DNA of 64,000 bases from Candidatus Pelethousia sp. (GCA_034928145.1 JAYFPE010000016.1:6953-70952); one strand, 5' to 3'. Shown: positions 17,325-26,295, counted from the first letter of the stretch. Notes: a model not told the origin generated them from the sequence alone. Made by a program: numbers and translations.

Positions 17325-18239
17325 TTATCCATCCGCTTGCGCGGGCAGGCGGGCGGGGTCAAGGCCATTGGCGCGGTAGAGGGAGAGGAGCTCGCCGCTT
17401 TTTGTTAACTCGCCAAGGAGCAGGGAGCCGATCTGGGCCAGGGCCGCGGAATCGGAGGCGGCGCAAATGGCGTAATCCACCGTGCCAAAGGAAAAGGCCG
17501 TGGCCGTGATGGGATAGGCTTCTCCATAGCGTTTGGCATAAGTCTCGGTGAGCAGCACGGCCCGCACCTCGCCATTGGCCAGCGCATCCAGCATATCCGG
17601 ATAGGAGGCGTAGGTTTTGGCCTTAAGCCCCAGATTGGGGTGGGCAGCGTTATAGGCGTTAAACAGCGCGGCCTCCGGGCTTTCTCGTATCTTGTTGGAT
17701 TGGGCCACGCCCACCTCCATGTTTTCCAGCGCAAAACTGGGGGTGCCGGTGAGGGCCACCAGCAGGCAGGGGTCGCTGTAATATGGGACGGAATAGCTGT
17801 ATTTGGTTGCCATGGAGGAGGCGGCCAGGGCAATGGCCACATCAATGCCGCCGTCATCCAGCTTGGGGCCCAGGGTCATGGCGTTCACTTCGACCATTTG
17901 CAGGCTAGCGGTTGGGTCGGCATCAGGCAAAAGCCGCGTGGTTAAAAGGCGCGCCAGGTCGTGCTCCAGCCCGCCCTCCTTTGTGCAGAGGCCCGGCACA
18001 TCGTAGCGCACGCCTACCCGCAGCACGCCCCGCTCCTGCAAGGAAATCACCTCCGCGCTGGCTAAAAGCTGCGGCTCCTCGCGGCTCGCCAGGGCGACGA
18101 TGATCACCAGCGCCAACGCGGCCAGGATATAGAGCGCTGTGCGGTAGGGCTTGCCCTCATCCCCCGTAAAGGTGACGGGATTACGGCGCATATTGAAATG
18201 CAGGCGGCGCATGCGTCTGCGCCAATCGATTTTTTTCAT
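17325..18239 (-). CDS. membrane-anchored family-3 solute-binding-protein-like protein (amino-acid SBP fold)
   Basis: A basic N-terminus plus one TM helix, then GVLRVGVRYDVPGLC...GGIDVAIALAASS, typical of polar amino-acid binding proteins. It lies 50 bp upstream of the RimK-like gene on the same strand. Confidence 0.65.
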   Translation of the reverse strand: MKKIDWRRRMRRLHFNMRRNPVTFTGDEGKPYRTALYILAALALVIIVALASREEPQLLASAEVISLQERGVLRVGVRYDVPGLCTKEGGLEHDLARLLTTRLLPDADPTASLQMVEVNAMTLGPKLDDGGIDVAIALAASSMATKYSYSVPYYSDPCLLVALTGTPSFALENMEVGVAQSNKIRESPEAALFNAYNAAHPNLGLKAKTYASYPDMLDALANGEVRAVLLTETYAKRYGEAYPITATAFSFGTVDYAICAASDSAALAQIGSLLLGELTKSGELLSLYRANGLDPARLPAQADG

Positions 18240-18267
18240 ACCTTGATTATAGCCAGAGCGGCCCGCA

Positions 18268-18297
18268 TTGACAAGTGAACAAACATCACGGTATAAT
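18268..18297 (+). promoter_or_regulatory. sigma-A-type promoter (TTGACA - 18 nt - TATAAT) for alaS
   Basis: A consensus -35 lies at 18268-18273 and a consensus -10 at 18292-18297, 55 nt upstream of the ATG. Confidence 0.6.
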
Positions 18298-18351
18298 TTA
18301 GCAATGTAAAAGCGGGAATTTTGCGCAAATGTTAACAGAGAGGTGCGATCT

Positions 18352-20142
18352 ATGAGACTGTTGAAATCTTACGAGTTAAGGGAACTATATTTGGAGTTTT
18401 TCCGGCAGAAGGGCCACGCTATCATTCCTTCCGCATCCCTCATTCCGGAAAATGACCCCACCGTGCTTTTTACCACAGCGGGCATGCATCCCCTGGTGCC
18501 CTATCTCATGGGCGCCAAGCACCCGGCGGGCGTGCGGCTGGCGGATGTGCAAAAGTGCGTGCGCACCGGTGATATCGACGAGGTGGGCGACGCCTCCCAT
18601 TGTACCTTCTTCGAAATGCTGGGCAATTGGTCTTTGGGCGATTATTTCAAAAAAGAATCCATCGCCTTTTCCTGGGAATTCCTCACGGATGAAAAATGGC
18701 TCGGCATCGATAAAGATAAGCTTTCCTTCACCTGCTTCGAGGGCGATGCGGATGCGCCTCGCGATACGTTTTCCCACGATTGCTGGGTGAATATGGGCGC
18801 GGATCCTTCCCACATCTACTACCTGGGCAAGCGCCATAACTGGTGGGGCCCGGCCGGCGTGACCGGCCCTTGCGGCCCGGATACCGAGATCTTCTACGAT
18901 ACGGGCAAGCCCAAGTGCTCCCCGGATTGCAACCCGGCCTGCTCCTGCGGCAAATTCCTTGAGATCTGGAACAACGTCTTCATGGAATACAACAAAAAGG
19001 CGGATGGAACCTTCGAGCCCCTCTCCCAGCAAAACGTGGATACCGGCATGGGCCTTGACCGCACCGTGGCCACCTTGCAGGGCGTGGAGAGCGTATACGA
19101 TACCGACGCCTTTACCGGCATCATCGCAGCCATTGCGCGCCTCTGCGGCAAAAGCTATCAGGATGGCGGCGAGACCACCCGCGCCTTCCGCATCGTGGCG
19201 GATCATATCCGCTGCGCTACCTTTATGCTGGGCGACCCAAGGGGCGTAACGCCCTCCAATGTTGACCAGGGCTATATCCTTCGCCGGCTGATCCGCCGGG
19301 CCATCCGCTACGCCATGCAGCTGGGCATGCCCGAAAGCAGCCTTTCCCAGGTAGCGGAAGCAGTGATCGCCCAATACGGCGAGCCCTATCCCGAATTGAT
19401 CGAGAACAGGGAGAAGGTTCTCTCCGAGCTGGCAAAGGAAGAGCAGCGTTTCCAGCGCACGCTCAAGAACGGCATGCGGGAATTCGAGCGCATCAAGGGC
19501 GGCTTCCCGGATGGCATGATCGACGGCGTTACGGCCTTCCATCTTTATGATACCTTTGGCTTCCCTGTGGAGTTTACGCAGGAGATGGCCACGGAAAACG
19601 GCCTCACGGTCGATCTTGAAGGCTTCCGCAAAGCCTTTGACGAGCACCAGGAAAAATCCAAGGCCGGCGCGGAGCAGCGCTTTAAAGGCGGCCTGGCGGA
19701 TACCAGCGATCAAACGGCCCGGCTGCACACGGCCACCCACCTGTTGCAGGCGGCGCTGCGCAAAGTTTTGCAGGATGACACCATCAGCCAGCGTGGCTCC
19801 AACATCACGGCGGAGCGCCTGCGCTTCGACTTCAGCTTTGGCCGCAAGCTCACGCCCGAGGAATTGCAGGCGGTTGAGGCCGAGGTGAACCGTTATATCG
19901 CGGCCGCGGCCCCCATCTCCTGGCAGGAGATGACCGTGGACGAGGCCAAAGCCCAGGGTGCTGTGGGCCTCTTTGGCGATAAATACGGCGAGCGCGTCAA
20001 GGTATATACCATGGGCGGCTTTTCCAAAGAGATTTGCGGCGGCCCCCACGCCGAGAACACCGGTGATTTACACCACTTCACCATCAAAAAGGAAGAGGCC
20101 AGCAGCGCGGGCGTGCGCCGCATCAAGGCCGTCTTAGATTGA
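18352..20142 (+). CDS. alaS: alanine--tRNA ligase, short form (about 596 aa; no C-Ala domain, minimal editing core)
   Basis: AlaRS catalytic motifs: FTTAGMHP, KCVRTGDIDEVG, FFEMLGNWSLGDYFK, GPCGPDTEIFYD, LEIWNNVFMEYN and VDTGMGLDR. Editing-site zinc motifs HTATH and CGGPH are present, and the protein ends about 35 aa after the latter. The ATG at 18352 has better RBS spacing than the GTG at 18343. Confidence 0.85.
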   Translation: MRLLKSYELRELYLEFFRQKGHAIIPSASLIPENDPTVLFTTAGMHPLVPYLMGAKHPAGVRLADVQKCVRTGDIDEVGDASHCTFFEMLGNWSLGDYFKKESIAFSWEFLTDEKWLGIDKDKLSFTCFEGDADAPRDTFSHDCWVNMGADPSHIYYLGKRHNWWGPAGVTGPCGPDTEIFYDTGKPKCSPDCNPACSCGKFLEIWNNVFMEYNKKADGTFEPLSQQNVDTGMGLDRTVATLQGVESVYDTDAFTGIIAAIARLCGKSYQDGGETTRAFRIVADHIRCATFMLGDPRGVTPSNVDQGYILRRLIRRAIRYAMQLGMPESSLSQVAEAVIAQYGEPYPELIENREKVLSELAKEEQRFQRTLKNGMREFERIKGGFPDGMIDGVTAFHLYDTFGFPVEFTQEMATENGLTVDLEGFRKAFDEHQEKSKAGAEQRFKGGLADTSDQTARLHTATHLLQAALRKVLQDDTISQRGSNITAERLRFDFSFGRKLTPEELQAVEAEVNRYIAAAAPISWQEMTVDEAKAQGAVGLFGDKYGERVKVYTMGGFSKEICGGPHAENTGDLHHFTIKKEEASSAGVRRIKAVLD

Positions 20143-20161
20143 TTCAAATCAACAAGCGGGT

Positions 20162-20192
20162 GTGGGGCGGCTGATCCGCCCCCATTCTTTGT
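20162..20192 (+). terminator. rho-independent terminator after alaS
   Basis: A GGGGCGG / CCGCCCC stem with a 5-nt loop is followed by CATTCTTTG. Confidence 0.55.
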
Positions 20193-20207
20193 AACCGAGG
20201 AGGAAGG

Positions 20208-20942
20208 ATGGCCCAGGAATACTTTACATACGATTGGCATATGGATGGCGCGCCGGCGCAATTTTTGGTGGATATGAGGCTGAGCGAAGCGGAGCTGGCC
20301 CGGCGGCCTTACCTGCTCTATGTGCAGGGCAAAAGCCAAGACGGGGCGCTAAGCCCCCGCGAGATGAAACGGTTGGATGAACTCGAAAAGAAATGCCGCA
20401 AAAAGCTGGACGCTATTTTCGCAGGTTCCATCCACACGGCGGAGCGGGGCGTGTTCTTCTTTTACGCCAAAGAGGAAGGCGCGCTGGAAGCGGCCCGGCA
20501 TATCGCCGCCAAAGAAAAGCTCCTTCAATGCGCCGCCGGCCTGCGACAGGAGCCGGATCGGGTCACCTTCCAAAAAGTCCTCTATCCGGATGCCGCCCGC
20601 CTCTTTACAGAGCAAAACCGCAAGCAGCTGCAGCTTTTGAAAAAACATGGCGACACCATGACCGCTTCCCGCCGCATTACCCTGCATATGTTCTTTCCGG
20701 CGGAGCCGCTGGTGGGCCTTTTTGCCGAGGACGCACGAGTCAGCGGCTTTGCCGTAGGCGAATATGAATACGAGCCCGAGCAGGAGCTGCCTTACGGCGT
20801 GGCCCTTTGCCGGGTGAGCGGCTTGGATAAGGCCGACATCGACGCCATCACTACCCAGGCTATTCGCCTGGCCGCCCGCTACGAGGGCACGCTCAGCTAT
20901 TGGAACTGCCCCATCGTGGGAAAGATATCGCCATTTCGCTGA
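20208..20942 (+). CDS. DUF695 / RraB-like (ribonuclease-inhibitor-fold) family protein
   Basis: GAGGAGGAAGG RBS. The C-terminal half (NRKQLQLLKKHGDTMTASRRITLHMFF...GFAVGEYEY) resembles the RraB-like domain. The family assignment is tentative. Confidence 0.5.
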   Translation: MAQEYFTYDWHMDGAPAQFLVDMRLSEAELARRPYLLYVQGKSQDGALSPREMKRLDELEKKCRKKLDAIFAGSIHTAERGVFFFYAKEEGALEAARHIAAKEKLLQCAAGLRQEPDRVTFQKVLYPDAARLFTEQNRKQLQLLKKHGDTMTASRRITLHMFFPAEPLVGLFAEDARVSGFAVGEYEYEPEQELPYGVALCRVSGLDKADIDAITTQAIRLAARYEGTLSYWNCPIVGKISPFR

Positions 20943-20974
20943 TCCTTAAAAGCGAATCGGAACGGAGAACGCCT

Positions 20975-21009
20975 GGCGGGGCGCATCTTGGATGCGCCCC
21001 GCCATTTTT
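20975..21009. terminator. strong hairpin terminator between convergent genes
   Basis: A perfect 13-bp stem GGCGGGGCGCATC / GATGCGCCCCGCC with a 3-nt loop is followed by ATTTTTA on the + strand. Confidence 0.8.
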
Positions 21010-21017
21010 ATGATAGC

Positions 21018-21530
21018 CTAGCTCTCTACCCCATATAATCGCAGCGCCAGCCGCTTGACAAGGCGGGCGCGGTTGCGGCGCACGGTGGCTGGGTCGCATT
21101 GCAGGCGCTCGGCGATATCCACCTCCCGCATACCCTGCAAGTAACGCAGCTCGATGGCGGGGTAATAGGGGTCGTCCGCGATGAAGCTGAGCGCGGCCGC
21201 CATGCGCCTAAGTTCCCGCTCGTTGGCCGCCAGGCGGCTGCGCAGGGCCGCCATCTGGTCGCCCCGGATATCCTGGGGCGAGCGCGGAAGATTCGAGCCG
21301 CGGCCCAGCTCCAGCAGCGCGGGCCGCGGCCCCAGCAGCTCCGCCTCCCCGCTTTCCAGGGCCATCAGATCTTCCTTGTCGTCTTCTACCCGCTCCCGAA
21401 TTACGGGCACGCGGTAGAGCCGCTGCTCCGTGGCCCGATAAGCCGCCTGGGCGGGCTGCTCGGGCGGCGCTCCGTAATGCCGCTCCAGCGCCTGGGCGCA
21501 CAGCATGTGGTTCTCAAAATTTCGTTCCAT
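21018..21530 (-). CDS. sigma-70 region-4-like / ArpU-RinA-like phage late transcriptional regulator
   Basis: The C-terminal sequence ELRYLQGMREVDIAERLQCDPATVRRNRARLVKRLALRL is a region-4-type HTH. Its size (170 aa) and position next to the terminase gene fit phage packaging/lysis regulators. It is transcribed divergently from TerL. Confidence 0.55.
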   Translation of the reverse strand: MERNFENHMLCAQALERHYGAPPEQPAQAAYRATEQRLYRVPVIRERVEDDKEDLMALESGEAELLGPRPALLELGRGSNLPRSPQDIRGDQMAALRSRLAANERELRRMAAALSFIADDPYYPAIELRYLQGMREVDIAERLQCDPATVRRNRARLVKRLALRLYGVES

Positions 21531-21795
21531 ATCTCGTCTCCTTGTTCTTTGTTTTTAGGAAGACAGAACAAATGTTCGTGATTATGGGAACATCATACTC
21601 GGAGCGTGAAAGGCTGGTCAAGGGCCAAAAATACCGCAGTCCCATAAATGGGACTGAAAAGCAACAGGTTGCACAAAACGCACCCCTTTTTTGCACAAGG
21701 ATCGCTCGAAAGCTGTCCTTTACCTTAGCGCGGCAGACGGGTATGCTGAAAGGGACAGAACAATTGTGCGAAAAGGAGGATATGGGAGAGATGGC

Positions 21796-23139
21796 TTGCA
21801 ATTGATCTTGAAGGGCCTGCCCAATCCCAGGCAGGCGGCGTTCTTTGAAAGCCGCGCGCGGCATACGGCTTACGGCGGGGCGCGGGGCGGGGGCAAGAGC
21901 TGGGCCATGCGCCGCAAGCTGGTGCTGCTGGCGCTAGACCAGCCGGAGCTGAACATCCTGCTACTTCGGCGAACCTTACCGGAACTTAGGGAGAACCACC
22001 TGGTGCCCCTTTTTAAGGAACTAAAGGGCGTGGCCAACTACAACAGCGGGGAGCGGGTGTTCCGCTTCCCCACGGGCAGCCGATTGCGCCTGGGCTATTG
22101 CGATGGTGAAAACGACGTTTACCAATACCAGGGCCAGGAATATGATGTGATCGGCCTGGAGGAAGCTACGCACTTTACAGAGGAGCAGATGCGCTTCCTC
22201 ACCACCTGCAACCGAACGGCCAAGATCGGCGTGCGGCCCCGCATGTATTACACCTGCAACCCCGGCGGGCCTGGGCATGGCTGGGTCAAGCGGCTCTTCA
22301 TCGATCGGCGCTACGAGGGCGGCGAGCGGGCCGAGGATTATGCATTCATCCCGGCCCGGGTGTGGGATAACCCCGTACTGCTCGCCGCGGATCCGGATTA
22401 TGTGCGCCTGTTGCAGGCCTTGCCGGAAGATCTTCGGCGGGCGCATCTCGACGGAGATTGGGATGTGCTATCCGGCCAGTTCTTCCGCGAGTTTTCGCGC
22501 AACCGCCATGTGACCCCCGCCTTTGACCTCCCCGCCTGGTGGCGGCGCTTCCGCTCCATCGATTGGGGCTATAACGACCCCTGCGCCGTGCTCTGGCACG
22601 CGGTAGATGGGGATGGCCGCGTCTATACCTACCGGGAGCTGTATGTTAGAGCCATGCGGGCGGACAAGGTGGCGGAGCGGATGCTGGCGCTATCCAAGGG
22701 CGAGGCGGTCGCCTATACGGTAGCCTCGCCGGATATGTGGCAAAAGCGCGGGGCCCTGCTAAAAAGCGAGGGCGGCTTTGAGGGGGAGAGCATCGCGGAG
22801 CTATTCGCCCTTTCGGGCGCGCCGCTGACCCCGGCGGATAATTCCCGCGTCGCGGGCTGGCAGCGCCTTAGGGGGTACTTGGGCGAAGGGGCGGACGGCC
22901 TGCCCCGCTGGCAATGCTTCCCCTGCTGCGAAAACCTCATCCGCACCCTGCCGCTGCTGGTATTCGACAAGCATAACCGCGAAGACGCGGCGCAGGGCGA
23001 GGATCACGCCCCGGAATCCCTACGCTACGCGCTGATGTCCCGCCCGGCCGCCTGCGCCCCGCCGGCGCCCCGCCAGCCCAAGCCCTACGACCCTCTGGCC
23101 ACGGACGGGCCGGACGAAAAATCATTTTTAACCATATAA
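21796..23139 (+). CDS. phage terminase large subunit
   Basis: Walker A is YGGARGGGKSW, Walker B-like is YDVIGLEEA, and the C-terminal RNaseH-like nuclease begins SIDWGYNDPCAVLW. The start is uncertain (TTG 21796 chosen; the ORF is open from 21691). Confidence 0.8.
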   Translation: MQLILKGLPNPRQAAFFESRARHTAYGGARGGGKSWAMRRKLVLLALDQPELNILLLRRTLPELRENHLVPLFKELKGVANYNSGERVFRFPTGSRLRLGYCDGENDVYQYQGQEYDVIGLEEATHFTEEQMRFLTTCNRTAKIGVRPRMYYTCNPGGPGHGWVKRLFIDRRYEGGERAEDYAFIPARVWDNPVLLAADPDYVRLLQALPEDLRRAHLDGDWDVLSGQFFREFSRNRHVTPAFDLPAWWRRFRSIDWGYNDPCAVLWHAVDGDGRVYTYRELYVRAMRADKVAERMLALSKGEAVAYTVASPDMWQKRGALLKSEGGFEGESIAELFALSGAPLTPADNSRVAGWQRLRGYLGEGADGLPRWQCFPCCENLIRTLPLLVFDKHNREDAAQGEDHAPESLRYALMSRPAACAPPAPRQPKPYDPLATDGPDEKSFLTI

Positions 23140-23160
23140 GCATATGAGGAGGAAAGGCAA

Positions 23161-24810
23161 ATGAACAAAACGAAAACGGCGGAGGCCGCCTATGCCCTTT
23201 TTGATGAATTCCGCGCCGCCTATACGGCCGAATGGGAGCGGCTGGCCAAATGTGAGCGCCTATACCATGGCGACCATTGGCAGGGCGTTCCCGAAAAGGA
23301 CGCGGGCGAGCCGCGCCCGGTAACGCCGGTGCTGCATTCCACGGTGGAAAACGTGCGGGCAGACCTGATGGACAGCTTCCCCCAGGCTATTGTCACGGCG
23401 GACGACCCGGCCTACGCGGCGGTAGCGGAGGTGCTCAGCGCGGCCTTGCAGGAAAATCACCTGCGCTGCGGCTTCAGCCGGGAATACGGCCGCCTGACCC
23501 ACGACCTGTTGGTGGGCGGCTACATGGTGCAGGAAACGGGCTATGACCCGGCGCTCAGCGGCGGCCTGGGCGGGGCTTTCATCCGCCAGGTGGATCCCCG
23601 CTGCATCCTGTTTGATCCGCTGGTGAGCGATTTGCAGGAGGGCAGGGCCGTGTTCAAGTTCGCACCCTATCCCCGGGCCTGGTTCGAGAGCCATTATCCT
23701 AAGGAGGCGCCCGCCATGAAGGCGGACGGCCTGGGCCTGCGCCCTATGCGGGACGCGCTCCTGGCCGCCCGCGACGCGGATACCATCCTGTTGCTTGAAT
23801 GCTGGCAGCGGGAATACGACCCGGAAACCGGCCGCCACAGCGTGCATATGCAAAAGTTAGCGGGCGGCCTGCTGCTCGAGGATAGCAGGCAGCAAAAGCC
23901 CCAGGGCTATTTTGCCCACGGGGAATACCCGTTCAGCGTAACGGCGCTCTACCCCCGCAAGGGAAGCTGCCTGGGCTACGGCTTGATTGATATGTTTGAA
24001 AAGGCCCAGCTCTATTCGGATAAGCTGGATCAGATCCTGCTCAAAAACGCGCTCATGGCCTCGCACAACAAGCTGCTGGTCACCGGGGCCAGCGGCTTCG
24101 ACGTGGAGGATCTTCGGGATTGGAGCAAGGAGGTGCACAAGGGCGAAAACCTCAACGGCGTTACCTGGTTTCCCACGGCGCCCCTGCCCGCGTATTTGGT
24201 GGGCTATGTGCAATCCATCCGGGAGAGCATCAAGCAGGAGAGCGGCTCCAACGACTTTTCGCGGGGTAATGTGAACGGGGGCGTTACGGCAGCATCGGCC
24301 ATCGCCGCCCTGCAGGAGATGAGCAGCAAGCGGAGCCGCCTGGCGGCCCGCGCCGTACACGATGCCTTCGAGGCGGCTGTGCGCCAGGAGATCGAGGTGG
24401 AGCGGGAGTTCTGCATCCTACCGCGCAGCGTGGCACTGGCCGGTGCGGATAGCAAGCGGGCCCACTTCACGGCCAAGATGCTGATGAAGGAGACGGAGCT
24501 CGGCAACCAAGTGCCCCTCGACTTCAACATCACCGTGAAGGTGCAGCGGGAGAACCGCTTCAGCGTGGCCGCACACAATGAGCTGATCCTGGGCATGGTG
24601 CGACTGGGCATGCTGACCGCCGACGTAGGCATGGAGCTGATGCTCTTTGACAGCAAGGCCCAGGCCCAGGCGCTGATGCAAAAAAAGCTGGCCGAAATGA
24701 AGGCCGAGGCCGAGGCCAAGGCTGCACAGGCCCGGCCCGCCGAAGAGCAGAAGCCGGCGCAAGCCACACCCATTGCGGATGAGCTTATGGGGCGGGGCGC
24801 TGCTTCGTAA
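23161..24810 (+). CDS. phage portal protein
   Basis: A 549-aa ORF 21 nt after TerL with a GAGGAGGAAAGG RBS. Size, position and the Ala/Glu/Lys-rich C-terminal tail fit portal proteins; the family is not resolved by eye. Confidence 0.6.
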   Translation: MNKTKTAEAAYALFDEFRAAYTAEWERLAKCERLYHGDHWQGVPEKDAGEPRPVTPVLHSTVENVRADLMDSFPQAIVTADDPAYAAVAEVLSAALQENHLRCGFSREYGRLTHDLLVGGYMVQETGYDPALSGGLGGAFIRQVDPRCILFDPLVSDLQEGRAVFKFAPYPRAWFESHYPKEAPAMKADGLGLRPMRDALLAARDADTILLLECWQREYDPETGRHSVHMQKLAGGLLLEDSRQQKPQGYFAHGEYPFSVTALYPRKGSCLGYGLIDMFEKAQLYSDKLDQILLKNALMASHNKLLVTGASGFDVEDLRDWSKEVHKGENLNGVTWFPTAPLPAYLVGYVQSIRESIKQESGSNDFSRGNVNGGVTAASAIAALQEMSSKRSRLAARAVHDAFEAAVRQEIEVEREFCILPRSVALAGADSKRAHFTAKMLMKETELGNQVPLDFNITVKVQRENRFSVAAHNELILGMVRLGMLTADVGMELMLFDSKAQAQALMQKKLAEMKAEAEAKAAQARPAEEQKPAQATPIADELMGRGAAS

Positions 24811-24819
24811 AAAGCAAGG

Positions 24820-24842
24820 GAACGCCCTGAAACAGGGCGTTC
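24820..24842 (+). terminator. hairpin after the portal gene (weak T-tract)
   Basis: A 10-bp perfect stem GAACGCCCTG / CAGGGCGTTC with an AAA loop. Only TTCTC follows, so terminator function is uncertain. Confidence 0.4.
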
Positions 24843-25154
24843 TCAGCGTGTCAAAAGACCCGGGATTATCAAGGGGCCGTAGCCCTTGACTTCCATTCCG
24901 GCATCGGCGGCACCCCCCGGGGGCCTCTCTTGCCGCTTTGCGGCAATTCACTTTCTGTACGCCGAAACGAAGGCCGCGTTTGCGTCCCGCAGGGCCAAAC
25001 GCAGAGCGCCTTGATGAAGTGCCGAAATTTTAAGAATTTTCGGCAGATGAAAGCCGCAGGCTTTCTTGCCTTTCACGCTTTGCCGCCCGGAAACGCTTAG
25101 CGCTTTAGGCAAAGCGTGTATTCTTAAAAAAGTAGTGCGGCCACTTTTTTGACA
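24842..25154. repeat. inverted-repeat-bounded ~310-bp non-coding repeat, copy B (MITE-like)
   Basis: It shares the left end CTCAGCGTGTCAAAA and the internal 28-nt motif with copy A. The right end ACTTTTTTGACA is an inverted copy of the left end, and its reverse complement TGTCAAAAAAGTGGCC is identical to 16 nt of the copy A left end. The interior is a chain of 7-11-bp hairpins. Confidence 0.5.
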
Positions 25155-25221
25155 AGCAAAGCCGGGATTTCCAAAGGGAGGCATCCCTATGGTAGGGGGT
25201 TGGGGGCAAAGCCCCGAAAAC

Positions 25222-26295
25222 CTAGGTTATATTCAGCGACGCGATCTCCCAGGCTGTTTCGCCTGTGGCGGGGGAAAGGCGCAGCTCGGCCTTAGCCGCC
25301 TTCATCGCGTCGGCCTCGCCGGGCAGACCCTTCATCAAAAGGCCGCTAAGCACCAGATCCGATCCGTCCAGGCGGGCTTCATCCAGGCGCAGGCCATAGG
25401 CGAGGGCCTCGCCCTCCGGCCATCCGTCGCCGGCCTGCCAGCTGGTGAAGCCGGGGCCGCAATGGCTTGCTAAAACGAAGAACTGGGGCAGCAGGGCCTC
25501 GTAATCCTCGGCCGTAATCTCCTCGCCCACGAAATCGGGATACATGGCGTTGCGGCCAAAGCTGAATTCCAGGGGCGCGCCGCCATGCCCGCCTGTGGAA
25601 AGCACGCCGCTTTGCACATAGAGGGTGTAACCTTCATCCGCAACGGTGAAACCGTTGTAAAGATCGAGCGCTGCGGCCACATCCTCCAGCTCGAGGTCGC
25701 CAAAATAGGCGGCCGGGTCGCGGCCGATGATGTTCCATACCTGCTGGGCGGCGAGGGGCTCCGGCTCATATACGCCGCTGATGGAAGCCAGGCTGCACTC
25801 CATCCCGTCCGCGTCAAAAACCAGGGCGGAGAGTAAGGTTTCGGGCTCCGCGGCATCATCGAACCAGCTCTTTTCATATAAAAGCAGGTTGGTAAAGCTG
25901 CCCAGGGGCGTTTGGGCCTGGCGGATCTCGTAGCTTACCTCGGTGGTGGGCAAGGCTTCGCCCTCGGCCCGGTCTGCCAAGGGAATGCGCTCGGCCTCAA
26001 CCCGCTGGAAAAGTTCATCCAGCCAGGCTTCAAGGGCCGCGTCCATAGCCTCGCCCGCCGGGCCCTGGGCCTTGAAAGCGGGTAGGGTGTAGGCAACGCG
26101 GTAGGCGGCGCTCGCCTCATCCGCCCCCTCGGGATAATATACGGTCACGGATCCGCCCTTGCGGGGCGGTTCCGGGCTGGCCGTGGGCGCGGGGGTAACG
26201 ACGGATACGGCGGGCAATTGCCCCTCTTTTGTTGCGCAGCCGCAGAGGGCCAGGCAAAGGGCCAGGAGCAAAAGCAAGGGCAAGGATTTAGGCAT
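25222..26295 (-). CDS. putative lipoprotein (possibly DUF4163/DUF3298-like)
   Basis: ATG at 26295 follows an AAGGAGG RBS. There is a signal peptide with lipobox LALCGC. The family guess rests only on general resemblance. Confidence 0.6.
   Translation of the reverse strand: MPKSLPLLLLLALCLALCGCATKEGQLPAVSVVTPAPTASPEPPRKGGSVTVYYPEGADEASAAYRVAYTLPAFKAQGPAGEAMDAALEAWLDELFQRVEAERIPLADRAEGEALPTTEVSYEIRQAQTPLGSFTNLLLYEKSWFDDAAEPETLLSALVFDADGMECSLASISGVYEPEPLAAQQVWNIIGRDPAAYFGDLELEDVAAALDLYNGFTVADEGYTLYVQSGVLSTGGHGGAPLEFSFGRNAMYPDFVGEEITAEDYEALLPQFFVLASHCGPGFTSWQAGDGWPEGEALAYGLRLDEARLDGSDLVLSGLLMKGLPGEADAMKAAKAELRLSPATGETAWEIASLNIT

Larger units (their letters stand above)
21018..24810. mobile_element. 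prophage remnant: packaging module only (regulator, TerL, portal)
   Basis: Three phage-type genes with no small terminase, protease, capsid, tail, lysis or integrase genes on either side. The downstream side abuts repeat copy B. Confidence 0.6.

Noticed and set aside
18298-18351. Possible T-box leader upstream of alaS
   Set aside because: Only about 55 nt separate the -10 element from the start codon, which is far too short for a T-box. No specifier or T-box sequence was seen.
18385-20049. 554-aa ORF on the - strand
   Set aside because: It is antisense to alaS, has low-complexity Gly/Ala/Arg composition and lacks an RBS. It is a shadow ORF.
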